A stretch of DNA of 32,000 nucleotides from an uncultured Chloroflexia bacterium (GTDB lineage Bacteria > Chloroflexota > Ktedonobacteria > Ktedonobacterales > JADMIN01): positions 780,001 to 812,000 of the forward strand of contig CAVRAI010000015.1 in NCBI GenBank assembly GCA_963718915.1, read 5' to 3'. Below the pieces are notes generated by a model. That model saw only the letters and a list, made by a program, of their open reading frames with translations, was not told the origin of the DNA and did not search any database. This document shows positions 10,767-19,673 of the stretch, one piece after another (the first letter of the stretch is position 1; every line of letters begins with the position of its first letter). Both the position numbers and the translations under genes were made by a program.

Positions 10767-11234
10767 TCACACTGCCGATGAGTCGTAGTCCGCGATGCGC
10801 CAGCGATTCTGCTCCAGCGTGAGTTGCGCCTGTGCTGAAGTCGCCATTAGTGTGCCGCGCGCGAGCGTGAGGGTGAGTGTGGCGCTACTGGCGCCTTGCC
10901 CCGCCACGGTAGAGCTACACGCGCGCGCCGTGCCCAGTTGCGCGTCAAGTTGGCGCTGGCTGGCGACGAATTGGTTCTGAGTACCGAGGGCCTGTTCAGC
11001 GGTTGAGAGCAGCCCATACAGGTCGCCATACTGCTGTGCGGTGAGGTCGCTGCAAATCTGGCGCGCGACCGGCCCAACCGCTGGACTGTTCGTGGGCGGC
11101 GCGGTCACTCGCGAGAGGAGCGTGATTCCCAGGATGACAAGGATAATGCCCGCCACCACGCCCAGCGTTAGCGGTAGCCATCGCGGCGTGCTCCGGCGTG
11201 TTGGTATGATCGTTGCGGTCGGGCGGTCGTTCAT
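10767..11234 (-). CDS. Hypothetical membrane-anchored protein
   Basis: 155 aa. It has an N-terminal TM anchor (WLPLTLGVVAGIILVILGITLL) followed by a small soluble domain (...CSDLTAQQYGDLYGLLS...LTLEQNRWRIADYD). Coding-like GC3. Confidence 0.7.
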   Translation of the reverse strand: MNDRPTATIIPTRRSTPRWLPLTLGVVAGIILVILGITLLSRVTAPPTNSPAVGPVARQICSDLTAQQYGDLYGLLSTAEQALGTQNQFVASQRQLDAQLGTARACSSTVAGQGASSATLTLTLARGTLMATSAQAQLTLEQNRWRIADYDSSAV

Positions 11235-11422
11235 GCGGCTTGCGCTCCTCCTGGCTGGGATAACTCCGTCGCAGTATAGTCGCCCGCGCCAGGGTGCGAC
11301 AATGACGCGGGCGAAAGGTACGCCGCTACGGTGGCTGGCATGCGCGCGCGCGATGCGGTAGAGTTTGGAGCAGACGGACGAGGTGTAAAGGCACGACTAA
11401 GTGCGACACGAGGAAATAGAGC

Positions 11423-12043
11423 ATGGCAGCGAAGGCGGAACGACCGGCGTCCACGCGCGCGCCGCTGATTGTCGGCATAACCGGCGCGAGCGGCGTGGTG
11501 ATGGCCTGTCGAGCCATCGAGGTGCTGGGCGAGCTGGGCATTCCGATGCATATCACCTATACCCAGGCATGCCGCCAGGTCTGGCCCGACGAGATTGGCC
11601 ATTCCTTCAACGACGATCTGGCCGACTGGAAGCGCCGCTTTGGCGCGCGCGTCTTCAATTCCGAGGACTTTCGCGCGCCGATGTCCAGTGGCAGCTTCCT
11701 CACCTCCGGGATGCTCGTCATCCCCTGTTCGATGCGTACCGTCTCGGCCATCGCGCAGGGTCTCTCGTCCAATCTGCTCGAACGCGCCGCCGACGTGGTG
11801 ATCAAAGAGGGGCGACCGCTGGCGCTGGTTCCGCGTGAAGCGCCACTTTCGGCGATCCACCTGGAAAATATGCTCAAGCTGGCGCGGCTGGGCGTGCGTA
11901 TCGTGCCGCCGATGCCGCAATTCTATCTGCGCCCGCAGACGGCGGACGAGATCGTCGACCGGATGGTGCGCCGCTGCCTGGCCGTCCTTGGCATCGAGGA
12001 GGCGCTGCCCCCAGAGATGCGCTGGCGTGGCGACGAAGAATAG
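11423..12043 (+). CDS. ubiX: Flavin prenyltransferase UbiX
   Basis: 206 aa: LIVGITGASGVVMACRAIEVL...MLVIPCSMRTVSAIAQGLSSNLLERAADVVIKEGRPLALVPREAPLSAIHLENMLKLARLGVRIVPPMPQFY. The RBS GAGGA lies upstream. Confidence 0.9.
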   Translation: MAAKAERPASTRAPLIVGITGASGVVMACRAIEVLGELGIPMHITYTQACRQVWPDEIGHSFNDDLADWKRRFGARVFNSEDFRAPMSSGSFLTSGMLVIPCSMRTVSAIAQGLSSNLLERAADVVIKEGRPLALVPREAPLSAIHLENMLKLARLGVRIVPPMPQFYLRPQTADEIVDRMVRRCLAVLGIEEALPPEMRWRGDEE

Positions 12044-12061
12044 GGTGAAGGAGCAACGAAA

Positions 12062-12353
12062 ATGATTGTCAGCATGTTCCACGTCACGGTACCGCCTCAG
12101 GCGATGGAGCCGTTCGAGCGAAGCTGGCAGCAGCGCGCGGGCAAAGTGGACGCTATGCCGGGCTTTCGCGGGCTGGAGGTGCTTGCGCGCGGGCGATACG
12201 CCAGGCAAGTATATCGTGCTGACCCGCTGGGAGACGCGCGAAGACTTCGACCGCTGGGCCAGCAGTCCGGAGTTCGCGGCGGGCCATGCGCGTACTGGCG
12301 ATACTGGCGCGGCGGGTGGCGGCGTCGAGTTCTACGAGGTGCTTCCAAGTTAG
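12062..12353 (+). pseudogene. Antibiotic-biosynthesis-monooxygenase (ABM, ferredoxin-like) domain protein, frameshifted near nt 12185
   Basis: ATG 12062 (RBS GAAGGAG) gives MIVSMFHVTVPPQAMEPFERSWQQRAGKVDAMPGFRGLEVL. The sensible continuation RAGDTPGKYIVLTRWETREDFDRWASSPEFAAGHA...VEFYEVLPS* is in the +1 frame. Removing one nt in cttGcgcgcggg (about 12185) restores a 96-aa ABM protein. Confidence 0.75.
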
Positions 12354-12468
12354 GCAGGCGCTCGCGGAATTCTTGGAGCAACCAATCCTTTCTTTACCAC
12401 AAATACCTTTGAGAGAAAGATGGGATCGGTTGGGATTTGGCGCCAGCATGCCGGAGCATAAATGCCCC

Positions 12469-12511
12469 GGCGAATTTCTCCGCCCCATTCGCCGTAGCGT
12501 TTACGCTACGG
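12469..12511 (+). repeat. REP-like two-hairpin element, copy 2
   Basis: ggcgaat-N11-attcgcc (12469-12493) is directly followed by the perfect hairpin ccgtagcg-ttta-cgctacgg (12492-12511). The stems are conserved with copy 1 while the loops differ. It is intergenic, between the ABM gene and the GNAT gene. Confidence 0.6.
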
Positions 12512-12573
12512 CCTGGAAAACGGCAAGAGCCGCACGAAATGAGTGTGACCGCACCTCCACGAAAGGACCAGCA

Positions 12574-13173
12574 ATGCCGCCAACCACCACCAGCTTCGAG
12601 ATCCACCCGCTGACCCCCGACCGCTGGGATGATTTGGAGGCGCTGTTTGGGCCGCGCGGCGCCTATGGTGGCTGCTGGTGCATGTTCTGGCGGGCGCCAC
12701 GCGCGCAATTTGGGGAGCAGTGCGCCCATGATGGCGCGGGTAATAAGGCAGCGTTTCACGGGGTTGTCATGAACGGAGATGCGCCGGGATTGCTCGCCTA
12801 TGCAGATGGAAAGCCAGTGGGCTGGTGCGCCATCGCCCCACGCGAGGAATATGCCGCACTCGAACGCTCGACAACCCGCAAGCGCATCGATGACCAACCA
12901 GTCTGGTCCATCACCTGCTTTTACGTGGCGCGCGGCTGGCGTAAGCGAGGGGTCAGCACGGCGCTGGTCAACGCAGCGATTGAGCATGTGCACAGCCGTG
13001 GCGGCGCAATGCTCGAAGCCTATCCCACCCTGAATGAGCCGGGGATGAAGCCACCCTCTAACTCAGCGGCGTACATGGGCCTGAGCGAGGTCTTTCGCGC
13101 CGCTGGCTTCGTCGAAGTTGCGCGCCCAGCCAACACGCGCCGTGTCACCGTGCGCTACGCCATCGAGGTATGA
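12574..13173 (+). CDS. GNAT-family N-acetyltransferase
   Basis: I use ATG 12574 (MPPTTTSFEIHPL...; AAAGGA upstream) rather than the track start 12286, whose extension crosses the hairpin repeat. Core motif: ...WSITCFYVARGWRKRGVSTALVNAAIEHVHSRGGAMLEAYP.... Confidence 0.8.
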   Translation: MPPTTTSFEIHPLTPDRWDDLEALFGPRGAYGGCWCMFWRAPRAQFGEQCAHDGAGNKAAFHGVVMNGDAPGLLAYADGKPVGWCAIAPREEYAALERSTTRKRIDDQPVWSITCFYVARGWRKRGVSTALVNAAIEHVHSRGGAMLEAYPTLNEPGMKPPSNSAAYMGLSEVFRAAGFVEVARPANTRRVTVRYAIEV

Positions 13174-13213
13174 CCGCAGCGGACGACGAGTTGAAGTGAG
13201 CGAAAGCGAGACG

Positions 13214-13669
13214 ATGATGAGCGATCAGGATAAAGCCTCGGGGACGCCGCAGGGCTATCCCGCTTTCGCGAGCCTGCCGCCCGCAGGAGCGTGGCTCCAG
13301 GATCACGGCCTCGTGCTCGACGAAATCAGCGGAACGCGAGTCACAGCGCATATTGACCTGAGCGCCCGGCATCACACGCCGTGGGGTGTCGTCCATGGCG
13401 GCGTCTATACTACTGCCATCGAGAGCGTCGCCAGCGTCGGAGCGTCGGCGGCGGTCTTCGAGCAGGGGCAGTTCGCCGTTGGCGTCAACAACTCGACGGA
13501 CTTCTTGCGGGCGATGCGCGAGGGCACAGTGGATATCGTCGCCGAGCCAGTCATCCAGGGGCGCGTGCAGCAACTCTGGCGCGTCACCATCACACGGCGC
13601 GAGGATGGGAAAGCCGTCGCGCAGGGACAGGTACGCCTCCAGAACGTGCCGCTGCCGGGGCAGCCGTAA
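13214..13669 (+). CDS. PaaI-family (hotdog fold) thioesterase
   Basis: ...HTPWGVVHGGVYTTAIESVASVGA...AVGVNNSTDFLRAMREGTVDIVAEPVIQGRVQQLWRVTITRE-DGKAVAQGQVRLQNV. The start is uncertain: ATG 13214 or GTG 13196. The track start 13118 overlaps the GNAT gene. Confidence 0.8.
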   Translation: MMSDQDKASGTPQGYPAFASLPPAGAWLQDHGLVLDEISGTRVTAHIDLSARHHTPWGVVHGGVYTTAIESVASVGASAAVFEQGQFAVGVNNSTDFLRAMREGTVDIVAEPVIQGRVQQLWRVTITRREDGKAVAQGQVRLQNVPLPGQP

Positions 13670-13809
13670 GAATAGCAAACGGCGGCGCGTCTGTTTTCGC
13701 TTGACACGACTTGTTACCCTGAACTTAAGCGACCACAGGACATGGCAGGACTCACTTGTAGGGATGCGGCGGTACGCGATCAGAAATAGTCAGGGAGCGG
13801 AAACAGCCG

Positions 13810-14643
13810 ATGCGCTACTGCGGCAATTGCGGCGCCTCGTTCGATCCGGTCACGCTTGTGGGCAGAGTCTGCCCATCATGCGGCGCGCCTATCAACCATA
13901 CGGGCGATACCAGATCTGCCCATGCGTTTGATGGGTCGTCACATCAACCATCCAGTGGCTCAGATGCGGTGAGCTTCTCCGCGTTGCCGACATTGCCTGA
14001 ACATGGCTATACCGATACACGCACGCATATTGCGCCCTCGCGACGGATCGCCAGGAGGCTCCCGACATTGCTGGCGCTGGGCGCCCTGGCGGCTTTACTC
14101 ATCGGTGGTTCCGCGCTGCTGCTGAATAGCGCCACCGGCGGGCGGATTCCCCTGCCGGGGCTGGCGGCTGGTGGCATTGGCGAAATGCAGCCCACAGCCA
14201 CACTGTCCGCCTCGCAGGCTGCTTCGACGAAAGGCGCGCAGTCTGGACCGCTCGCCTCGCCAACTGGATCGGTGTCTGCTGGCACACCTGGTTCTGGTAC
14301 CCCCATCTCGGGCACACCCACACCTGACGCGACTGCCACCGTTACTGTCACGCCAGCGCCCGGTCAGCCAGCGCTGACTGTTGCGCCTGCGTCATTCAGT
14401 AGCCTGGTGTGCCTTGGGTCCAGTGTCCAGCTTAGGGTAACTAATAGCGGTGACGGCGCCATGGCCTGGAGCGCGACTGCGTCGCAGAAGGCCTACAAGA
14501 TGTCGCCGCAAAGTGGCTCACTGGCTAGCGGACAGCAGCAGACAGTGACGGTCAGCGGCATCTCGGTGAGCGGCCGTGTCACGATTACCGCCCCTGGCGC
14601 CGCCAATTCGCCTCAGACCGTCTCCATCAACTGCACATTATGA
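13810..14643 (+). CDS. Zinc-ribbon membrane protein with extracellular Ig-like domain (hypothetical)
   Basis: MRYCGNCGASFD...CPSCGAPI is a double CxxC. A TM segment follows (LPTLLALGALAALLIGGSALLL), then a Ser/Thr/Pro/Gly-rich linker. The C-terminus is ...LRVTNSGDGAMAWSATAS...MSPQSGSLASGQQQTVTVSG.... Confidence 0.75.
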   Translation: MRYCGNCGASFDPVTLVGRVCPSCGAPINHTGDTRSAHAFDGSSHQPSSGSDAVSFSALPTLPEHGYTDTRTHIAPSRRIARRLPTLLALGALAALLIGGSALLLNSATGGRIPLPGLAAGGIGEMQPTATLSASQAASTKGAQSGPLASPTGSVSAGTPGSGTPISGTPTPDATATVTVTPAPGQPALTVAPASFSSLVCLGSSVQLRVTNSGDGAMAWSATASQKAYKMSPQSGSLASGQQQTVTVSGISVSGRVTITAPGAANSPQTVSINCTL

Positions 14644-14682
14644 GGGGTGATGTTGGTGGGGACTTTCGCCCTCATTGATTGG

Positions 14683-17232
14683 CTATGAGCGACAAGAATC
14701 GTTGCCACGGCGACAGCCACGAACCTCTACATCGCCGTCATTCGGTAGGGTATTCTTCCAATCCTCCATTACGAGCGATGGCGGCGCATCGACTGGAGCG
14801 CTACCCCACGCGCGATTGGGCGTTGACGCCATGGTATAGGTCAACACATTGGCGTCGGCGAGTGTTGAAAGCGGCAGCCATTGCGAGCTGTATGACGAGC
14901 CATCGACGAGCAATTGCTGGACATATGGAGCCTTCTGACTGGCCCCATTCGCGACGATGCTGACGCGGTGGCCGCCAAGTGTCAGCGTCACACGCGGGAA
15001 GAGTGGGCTGCCCAGCACAAAGCCAGCGCGCCCCGGAATCAGCGGATAGAGTCCGAGTGCGGCCCACACATACCATGACGACATCGTGCCAAGATCATCG
15101 TTGCCCGGCAGGCCGGTGGGTGAATTGTTGAAGAGCGCATTCATGACACGACGAACTGCCGCTTGCGTCTTCCATGGCGCTCCAACGTAGTCATACAGCC
15201 ATGGGGAGCCGAACGATACTTCATTGCCCATCCACGCCTGAGGTTCACGTGGCCCGACATTGATGTTCGCGAGATACGCATCGAGCCGCTGTTCAGCATG
15301 CGCGCGTCCCCCCATTCGCGCGATGAGGCCGCCAATGTCGAAGGGAATCATCCAGGTGTACTGGCTGGCGGTGCCTTCGATGAAGCCGTCCATGCTCGCA
15401 CCGTTGCCCACAAAAGCGCCGTCATAGGTGCGCGGTTGGATAAATCCGGTCGCGGGGTTGAAGAGGCGCGACCACTGCGATGCCCTGGCGGCGAAGGCTT
15501 GCGCCGTGGCGGTATCGCCGATGCGCGTGGCGAAGCATGCAATCGCGTAGTCAGCGGTATAGTATTCGAGCGATGTCGCGGCTGGCGCTCCGACGTTCGC
15601 GTCTAGCGGAACGTAGCCCATGCGCAGGTATTGCGCAAGACCGGGCCGCTCCTGCGCTCCTGGCTCCCCAACGCCGGGATGAGTAGCGCCTCGTACCAGC
15701 ACGCGCAGCGCCGCCTCCGCATCAAAGGTGTCGGCTCCAAATGCCAGCCCCTCGGCGAGGATCGGCGCGGCGGGATCGCCCACCATCAGGCCAGTGTCAA
15801 TGTTTGCCAGCGACCATCGCGGCAGACCGCCACCCTCCTCCGCGTCCAACACGAGCGACTGCATCATGTCGCTCACCTGCTTCGGCGCAATCATCGCGAT
15901 CAAGGGTATCTGGGTGCGGTAGATGTCCCAGCCGGAGAAGTTGGCGTACTGCGTGTGGCTGGTATCCGTGTGAACGCGCTGATCGAAGCCACGGTACTGC
16001 CCGTTGACATCGCTGAAGGTGTTGGGCTGGAGGAGTGCATGGTAGAGCGAAGTATAGAAGGTGTGGGTATCGGCGGGTGCGCCGCCTGAGACCTGAATCT
16101 GGTTCAGCATCGCATTCCAGATGGCATGCGCGGAGGCGCGCACCCCATCGAAGTCCCAGCCGGGATTCTCCGCCGCCAGATTAGCTTGAGCGTTCGCGAT
16201 GCTCACATACGACAGCCCGACCTTGAGGAGCAACTCGTTCCCAGTGGCGGGTGGGAATTCCAGGTATAGCCCGCTCTGCGAGCCGCGCGCCTGACGCGCT
16301 CCGGGCGCCACGTTGCCGTGCCACGCGCCGAATGCGCTCGCCGGTCGGCTGAATTGCGCTACGAAGTAGATAGTATAGGTGGATGACAACACATTGCAGA
16401 AGTGGCCGCCCCTGACCCAGCCAGCCACCTCGTTCGGGCCGACAAGCTGGGCCTGGGCATCGTAGACCGTCTGGATATCTGTGCCAGTCTCGATAAGTAG
16501 CGTCTGCCGTTGTCCCGCGGGATAGCGAATACGGGCAAAGCCACTCCGCTGCGTGGTCGTCAGCTCGACGTTGATCCCATTGCCCAGCAAGACGCTATAA
16601 TACCCCGGCTCCGCGGCCTCGTGGCTGTGAGTAAAGGTTGCGCTGTAGCGCTCGCCGCTGGTGGGAGGCGCGGAGTCCACCGCTTCAGTGGTCGGCATGA
16701 AAGGGATATCACCAGAAACGTTGCACCCCGCGCCGTCGATATGCGTCATGCTGAAACGTTCGATGCGGTGATCACTGTAGGTGTAGCCGCTGGGGTCAAG
16801 CGCCCATGATGGTGTCGGGCCTGAGTCAGGGCTGAACTGCGCCATGCCAAAGGGCAGCGTCGCGCCGGGGAATGTCTGGCCGCTGCTGCCGCCGTCGCCG
16901 AAGCTACGTCCGGCCCAATCACTGCCGATGAAGGGATTGACGTATTGTGTCAATGCCATTGGCGCGAGCGCCTCGCCGCCCGATGTCGCGTCACTCGAAG
17001 TGGCATGTTCCACTGGTACGTGGGTGATGCCGCTGATCGCATTTTGTATGTTTGTCAGATGGGTCGAGGAAATAGCAAGTAACCCACTGGCCACAACTGT
17101 TACCAGCAGCAACCAGATGATCCACCCTCGGAGTGGGCGCGCGCTCTTCACCTGCCGCTGTGTCCATCTCCACACGTGCCGCAACCCATGCGGTAGCGCA
17201 TCGCCCACACGCTTCAGTCGATTGTGCTTCAC
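14683..17232 (-). CDS. Glycoside hydrolase family 92 (alpha-mannosidase-like), membrane-anchored or secreted
   Basis: 849 aa with an N-terminal TM (WIIWLLLVTVVASGLLAI). GH92-type motifs are YVNPFIGSD...GQTFPGATLPFGMAQFSPD and ...GLPGNDDLGTMSSWYVWAALGLYP. It starts at GTG; the exact start is uncertain. Confidence 0.88.
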   Translation of the reverse strand: MKHNRLKRVGDALPHGLRHVWRWTQRQVKSARPLRGWIIWLLLVTVVASGLLAISSTHLTNIQNAISGITHVPVEHATSSDATSGGEALAPMALTQYVNPFIGSDWAGRSFGDGGSSGQTFPGATLPFGMAQFSPDSGPTPSWALDPSGYTYSDHRIERFSMTHIDGAGCNVSGDIPFMPTTEAVDSAPPTSGERYSATFTHSHEAAEPGYYSVLLGNGINVELTTTQRSGFARIRYPAGQRQTLLIETGTDIQTVYDAQAQLVGPNEVAGWVRGGHFCNVLSSTYTIYFVAQFSRPASAFGAWHGNVAPGARQARGSQSGLYLEFPPATGNELLLKVGLSYVSIANAQANLAAENPGWDFDGVRASAHAIWNAMLNQIQVSGGAPADTHTFYTSLYHALLQPNTFSDVNGQYRGFDQRVHTDTSHTQYANFSGWDIYRTQIPLIAMIAPKQVSDMMQSLVLDAEEGGGLPRWSLANIDTGLMVGDPAAPILAEGLAFGADTFDAEAALRVLVRGATHPGVGEPGAQERPGLAQYLRMGYVPLDANVGAPAATSLEYYTADYAIACFATRIGDTATAQAFAARASQWSRLFNPATGFIQPRTYDGAFVGNGASMDGFIEGTASQYTWMIPFDIGGLIARMGGRAHAEQRLDAYLANINVGPREPQAWMGNEVSFGSPWLYDYVGAPWKTQAAVRRVMNALFNNSPTGLPGNDDLGTMSSWYVWAALGLYPLIPGRAGFVLGSPLFPRVTLTLGGHRVSIVANGASQKAPYVQQLLVDGSSYSSQWLPLSTLADANVLTYTMASTPNRAWGSAPVDAPPSLVMEDWKNTLPNDGDVEVRGCRRGNDSCRS

Positions 17233-17470
17233 GCAACTCTCTCAGGCTTAGCGCCCGCTCTGGCGCGTCGTCCGTTCGCGCATAGGGGTCTATCCTGCCT
17301 GAGAGCCACGATTCTGGCAAGCTACTAGGCCATTCCTCCCTGCGATGATTGGCTGCCATGTGGACTAGTGGCTCATCTATGCTGGTTGGAAGGTCGTATG
17401 GATCCATTGGGTTGCGGCAATCGGGTAGAATTGCATCACATGAGAGGGACATCCACAATGTGAGGCAGCT

Positions 17471-17674
17471 ATGAAGGTGCGCGAGGCGATAGAGTATATT
17501 GAACGTGACGGCTGGTTTCAGGTTGCTATGGTAGGCGATCATCGCCAATACAAACATGCGTCGAAGAAAGGGCGTGTAACGATTCCGGGAAAGTTGAGCG
17601 ATGACCTGCTGCCTAAGACGGCTCGCAGTGTATTCAAACAAGCGCAAATACCCTGGCCTAAGGGACGACGATAG
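17471..17674 (+). CDS. hicA: HicA-family mRNA interferase toxin
   Basis: 67 aa: MKVREAIEYIERDGWFQVAMVGDHRQYKHASKKGRVTIPGKLSDDLLPKTARSVFKQAQI. This is a typical YcfA/HicA layout (G-x-H-x-x-Y/F-x-H...G..T.P). It lies in a lower-GC islet. Confidence 0.85.
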   Translation: MKVREAIEYIERDGWFQVAMVGDHRQYKHASKKGRVTIPGKLSDDLLPKTARSVFKQAQIPWPKGRR

Positions 17675-17701
17675 CTGATTCTAGAAGAAGGGTATGATCA
17701 T

Positions 17702-17953
17702 ATGCGGTACCGTTTTCTGGTGGTCTATGAGCAAGGTGAACACAACTATAGCGCCTATGCGCCTGATCTCCCCGGCTGTGTATCTACCGGCGCAACGCTA
17801 GGCGAGACGCGCGAACATATCCGCGAGGCCATCGCATTCCATCTGGAAGGCATGCGCGCTGATGGTGAAGACATTCCTTTCACTGATCCTGCTGAGGTCG
17901 CGGAGTATCTTGAAGTTGAGATTGCTGATCCAGCCACTATACCTGGCAATTAA
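17702..17953 (+). CDS. hicB: HicB-family antitoxin (UPF0150-type, no appended DNA-binding domain)
   Basis: 83 aa: MRYRFLVVYEQGEHNYSAYAPDLPGCVSTGATLGETREHIREAIAFHLEGMRADGEDIP. It lies 27 nt downstream of hicA, with the RBS GAAGAAGGG. Confidence 0.85.
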   Translation: MRYRFLVVYEQGEHNYSAYAPDLPGCVSTGATLGETREHIREAIAFHLEGMRADGEDIPFTDPAEVAEYLEVEIADPATIPGN

Positions 17954-19171
17954 CTGGGGTGGCGTTCACCGAGCAGCGTGTCGATGCCCATAAATGCGTG
18001 CAGGGCTGAAGGGAGCGCCACCGAGCTATCCGCGCGCTGCCCGTTCTCCAGCAGCGCCGCCAGCGTGCGCCCCAGCGCCAGCGCCGAGCCATTGAGCGTG
18101 TGCGGATAGCCCGCGCGTCCGCCGCCTTTCGGGCGGTAGCGCAGATGCAGGCCGCGCGCCTGGAAGGCGCCACAGTCGCTCACCGACGATATCTCCACAT
18201 AGCGGCCCTCGCCCGGCATCCATACCTCCAGGTCAACCGTCCGCTCCGCCGCGAAAGGCAGTTCGCCCGCGCAGAGCGCCACCACACGATATGGCAGCGC
18301 CAGTTGTCGTAGGGTCGCCTCCGCGTCGGCCAGCAGCGTCGCAAAGGCTGCATCTGCCGTCTCAGGCGTCGCGATGCGCACCAGTTCTACCTTATCGAAC
18401 TGATGCTGGCGAATCAGCCCTCGTTCTCGTGCGCCGGCCGAGCCAGCCTCGCGGCGGAAGGCGGGCGTGCAGGCGGTGTAGGCCAGCGGCAGCGCCTCTT
18501 CTGTCAGCGTCTCGTCGGCATGGAGCGCCACCAGTTGCGTCTCCGCCGTTGGGCTGAGCGCCAGAGCGTCCGCCGAGAGCTGATAGAGGTCGTCGGCGTA
18601 GCGCGGCAGATGGCCTGTGCCTTCCAGGATGGTCGTACGGAGCAGATGCGGCGGAGCAACCTCAAGATAGCCACGCTCGCGGTGCATGTCGAGGAATAGT
18701 GTTGCCAGCGCTCGTAGCAGCCGCGCGCCGTCGCCCACGAGCAGCGGGAAGCGTGGCCCGGCCAGCTTCGTCGCCCGTGGCAGATCGAGAATGCCCAGCG
18801 CGGTCATCAGTTCGTCGTGACGCTTTGGCGAGAAATCGAAGACTGGCGGCGTTCCCCATTGGCGCAACTCGAAATTGCCCTATGCGTCATGGCCATCGGG
18901 AACGTCATCGCGAGGTAGGTTGGGGATGCGCGTCAGCAGGCCGTGCTGCTCCTCTTCGAGCGGCTTGAGCCGTGCCCGTGTCTGCACGGAGCGCCAATGG
19001 CTCGCTTTTGCTGGCAGCCAGCGTATCATGCTCGCTCGCCAGCGTTCGCCGCTCGCCATCCAGCGCCAGCCAGCGCTCTAGCGCGTCGTACGTTTCCGGC
19101 GCGGACCCTCGCCGCCGCAACCCCTCGCGGACGCGGTCGGGCTGGGCGCGCACTAGCCGTTCGCTCAACAT
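17950..19171 (-). pseudogene. serS: Seryl-tRNA synthetase, disrupted by a frameshift in the N-terminal arm plus an in-frame TAG
   Basis: ATG 19171 (RBS AGGAGGG) gives MLSERLVRAQPDRVREGLRRRGS...LDGERRTLASEHDTLAASKSE.... The sensible text then moves to another frame (...RLKPLEEEQHGLLTRIPNLPRDDVPDGHDA). That frame hits TAG at 18882-18880 and continues GNFELRQWGTPPVFDFSPKRHDEL.... The class II core is intact: FRREAGSAGARERGLIRQHQFDKVE, TVDLEVWMPGEGRYVEISSVSDCGAFQARG, NGSALALGRTLAALLENGQ. Confidence 0.85.
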
Positions 19172-19213
19172 AGCACCCTCCTGGCATATACTGAGCCACG
19201 CTAAAGCATGATG

Positions 19214-19579
19214 CTACGTTGCCATGACGTTAATCATGCCGGTCAGGATTAGGAGAGCAGCTACTCCAACTGCGAGGAGCGGGAAACCGAAGGTCCATAG
19301 AATCTGATAGAGAAAGCGCCGCCACATCTCTCGTCGTAGTTGCTCCAATTCATTATCAGTCTGCCGTGTCACTGTCACATGCCAGATTGCGCGCGAGACA
19401 GCGCCGAATGGATTGCCACTATTGGCCATGTGAAGTGGAATGCCCTCAACAGGCGGAAAGTGCTTCAGATAGGCTACTTGTTTCGCGCGCAAACGCAAAA
19501 ATAGCACATATGCCCCGGTGAACCAAATGGCCATCAGCATAAAGGAAACGATATTCTGAGTAGTGGGCGATAAATGCAC
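19214..19579 (-). CDS. Hypothetical small membrane protein
   Basis: 121 aa, starting at GTG with GGAGAA upstream. Hydrophobic segments are IVSFMLMAIWFTGAYVLFLRL and FLYQILWTFGFPLLAVGVAALLILTGMI. It has lower GC than the flanks and lies directly upstream of serS on the same strand. Confidence 0.6.
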   Translation of the reverse strand: MHLSPTTQNIVSFMLMAIWFTGAYVLFLRLRAKQVAYLKHFPPVEGIPLHMANSGNPFGAVSRAIWHVTVTRQTDNELEQLRREMWRRFLYQILWTFGFPLLAVGVAALLILTGMINVMAT

Positions 19580-19673
19580 ACCATTTCTCCATATTTGACA
19601 AGATGGCGCGAAGTGACCTCCTGCTCTGCTAGTTTTCCCTCCCCGTATCGAGGAGGGGTAGGGAGCGGTTCAC

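Noticed and set aside
12286-12573. The upstream extension of the GNAT ORF, which the track starts at 12286.
   Set aside because: The extension is translated through the two-hairpin repeat and overlaps the end of the ABM gene. ATG 12574 has an RBS and gives a normal-length GNAT.
19636-19660. A CCCTCC...GGAGGG hairpin just downstream of the acylase stop, considered as a terminator.
   Set aside because: On the transcribed (minus) strand the stem is followed by AAAAC, not a U-tract, and the stem is only 6 bp. It does not fit an intrinsic terminator.
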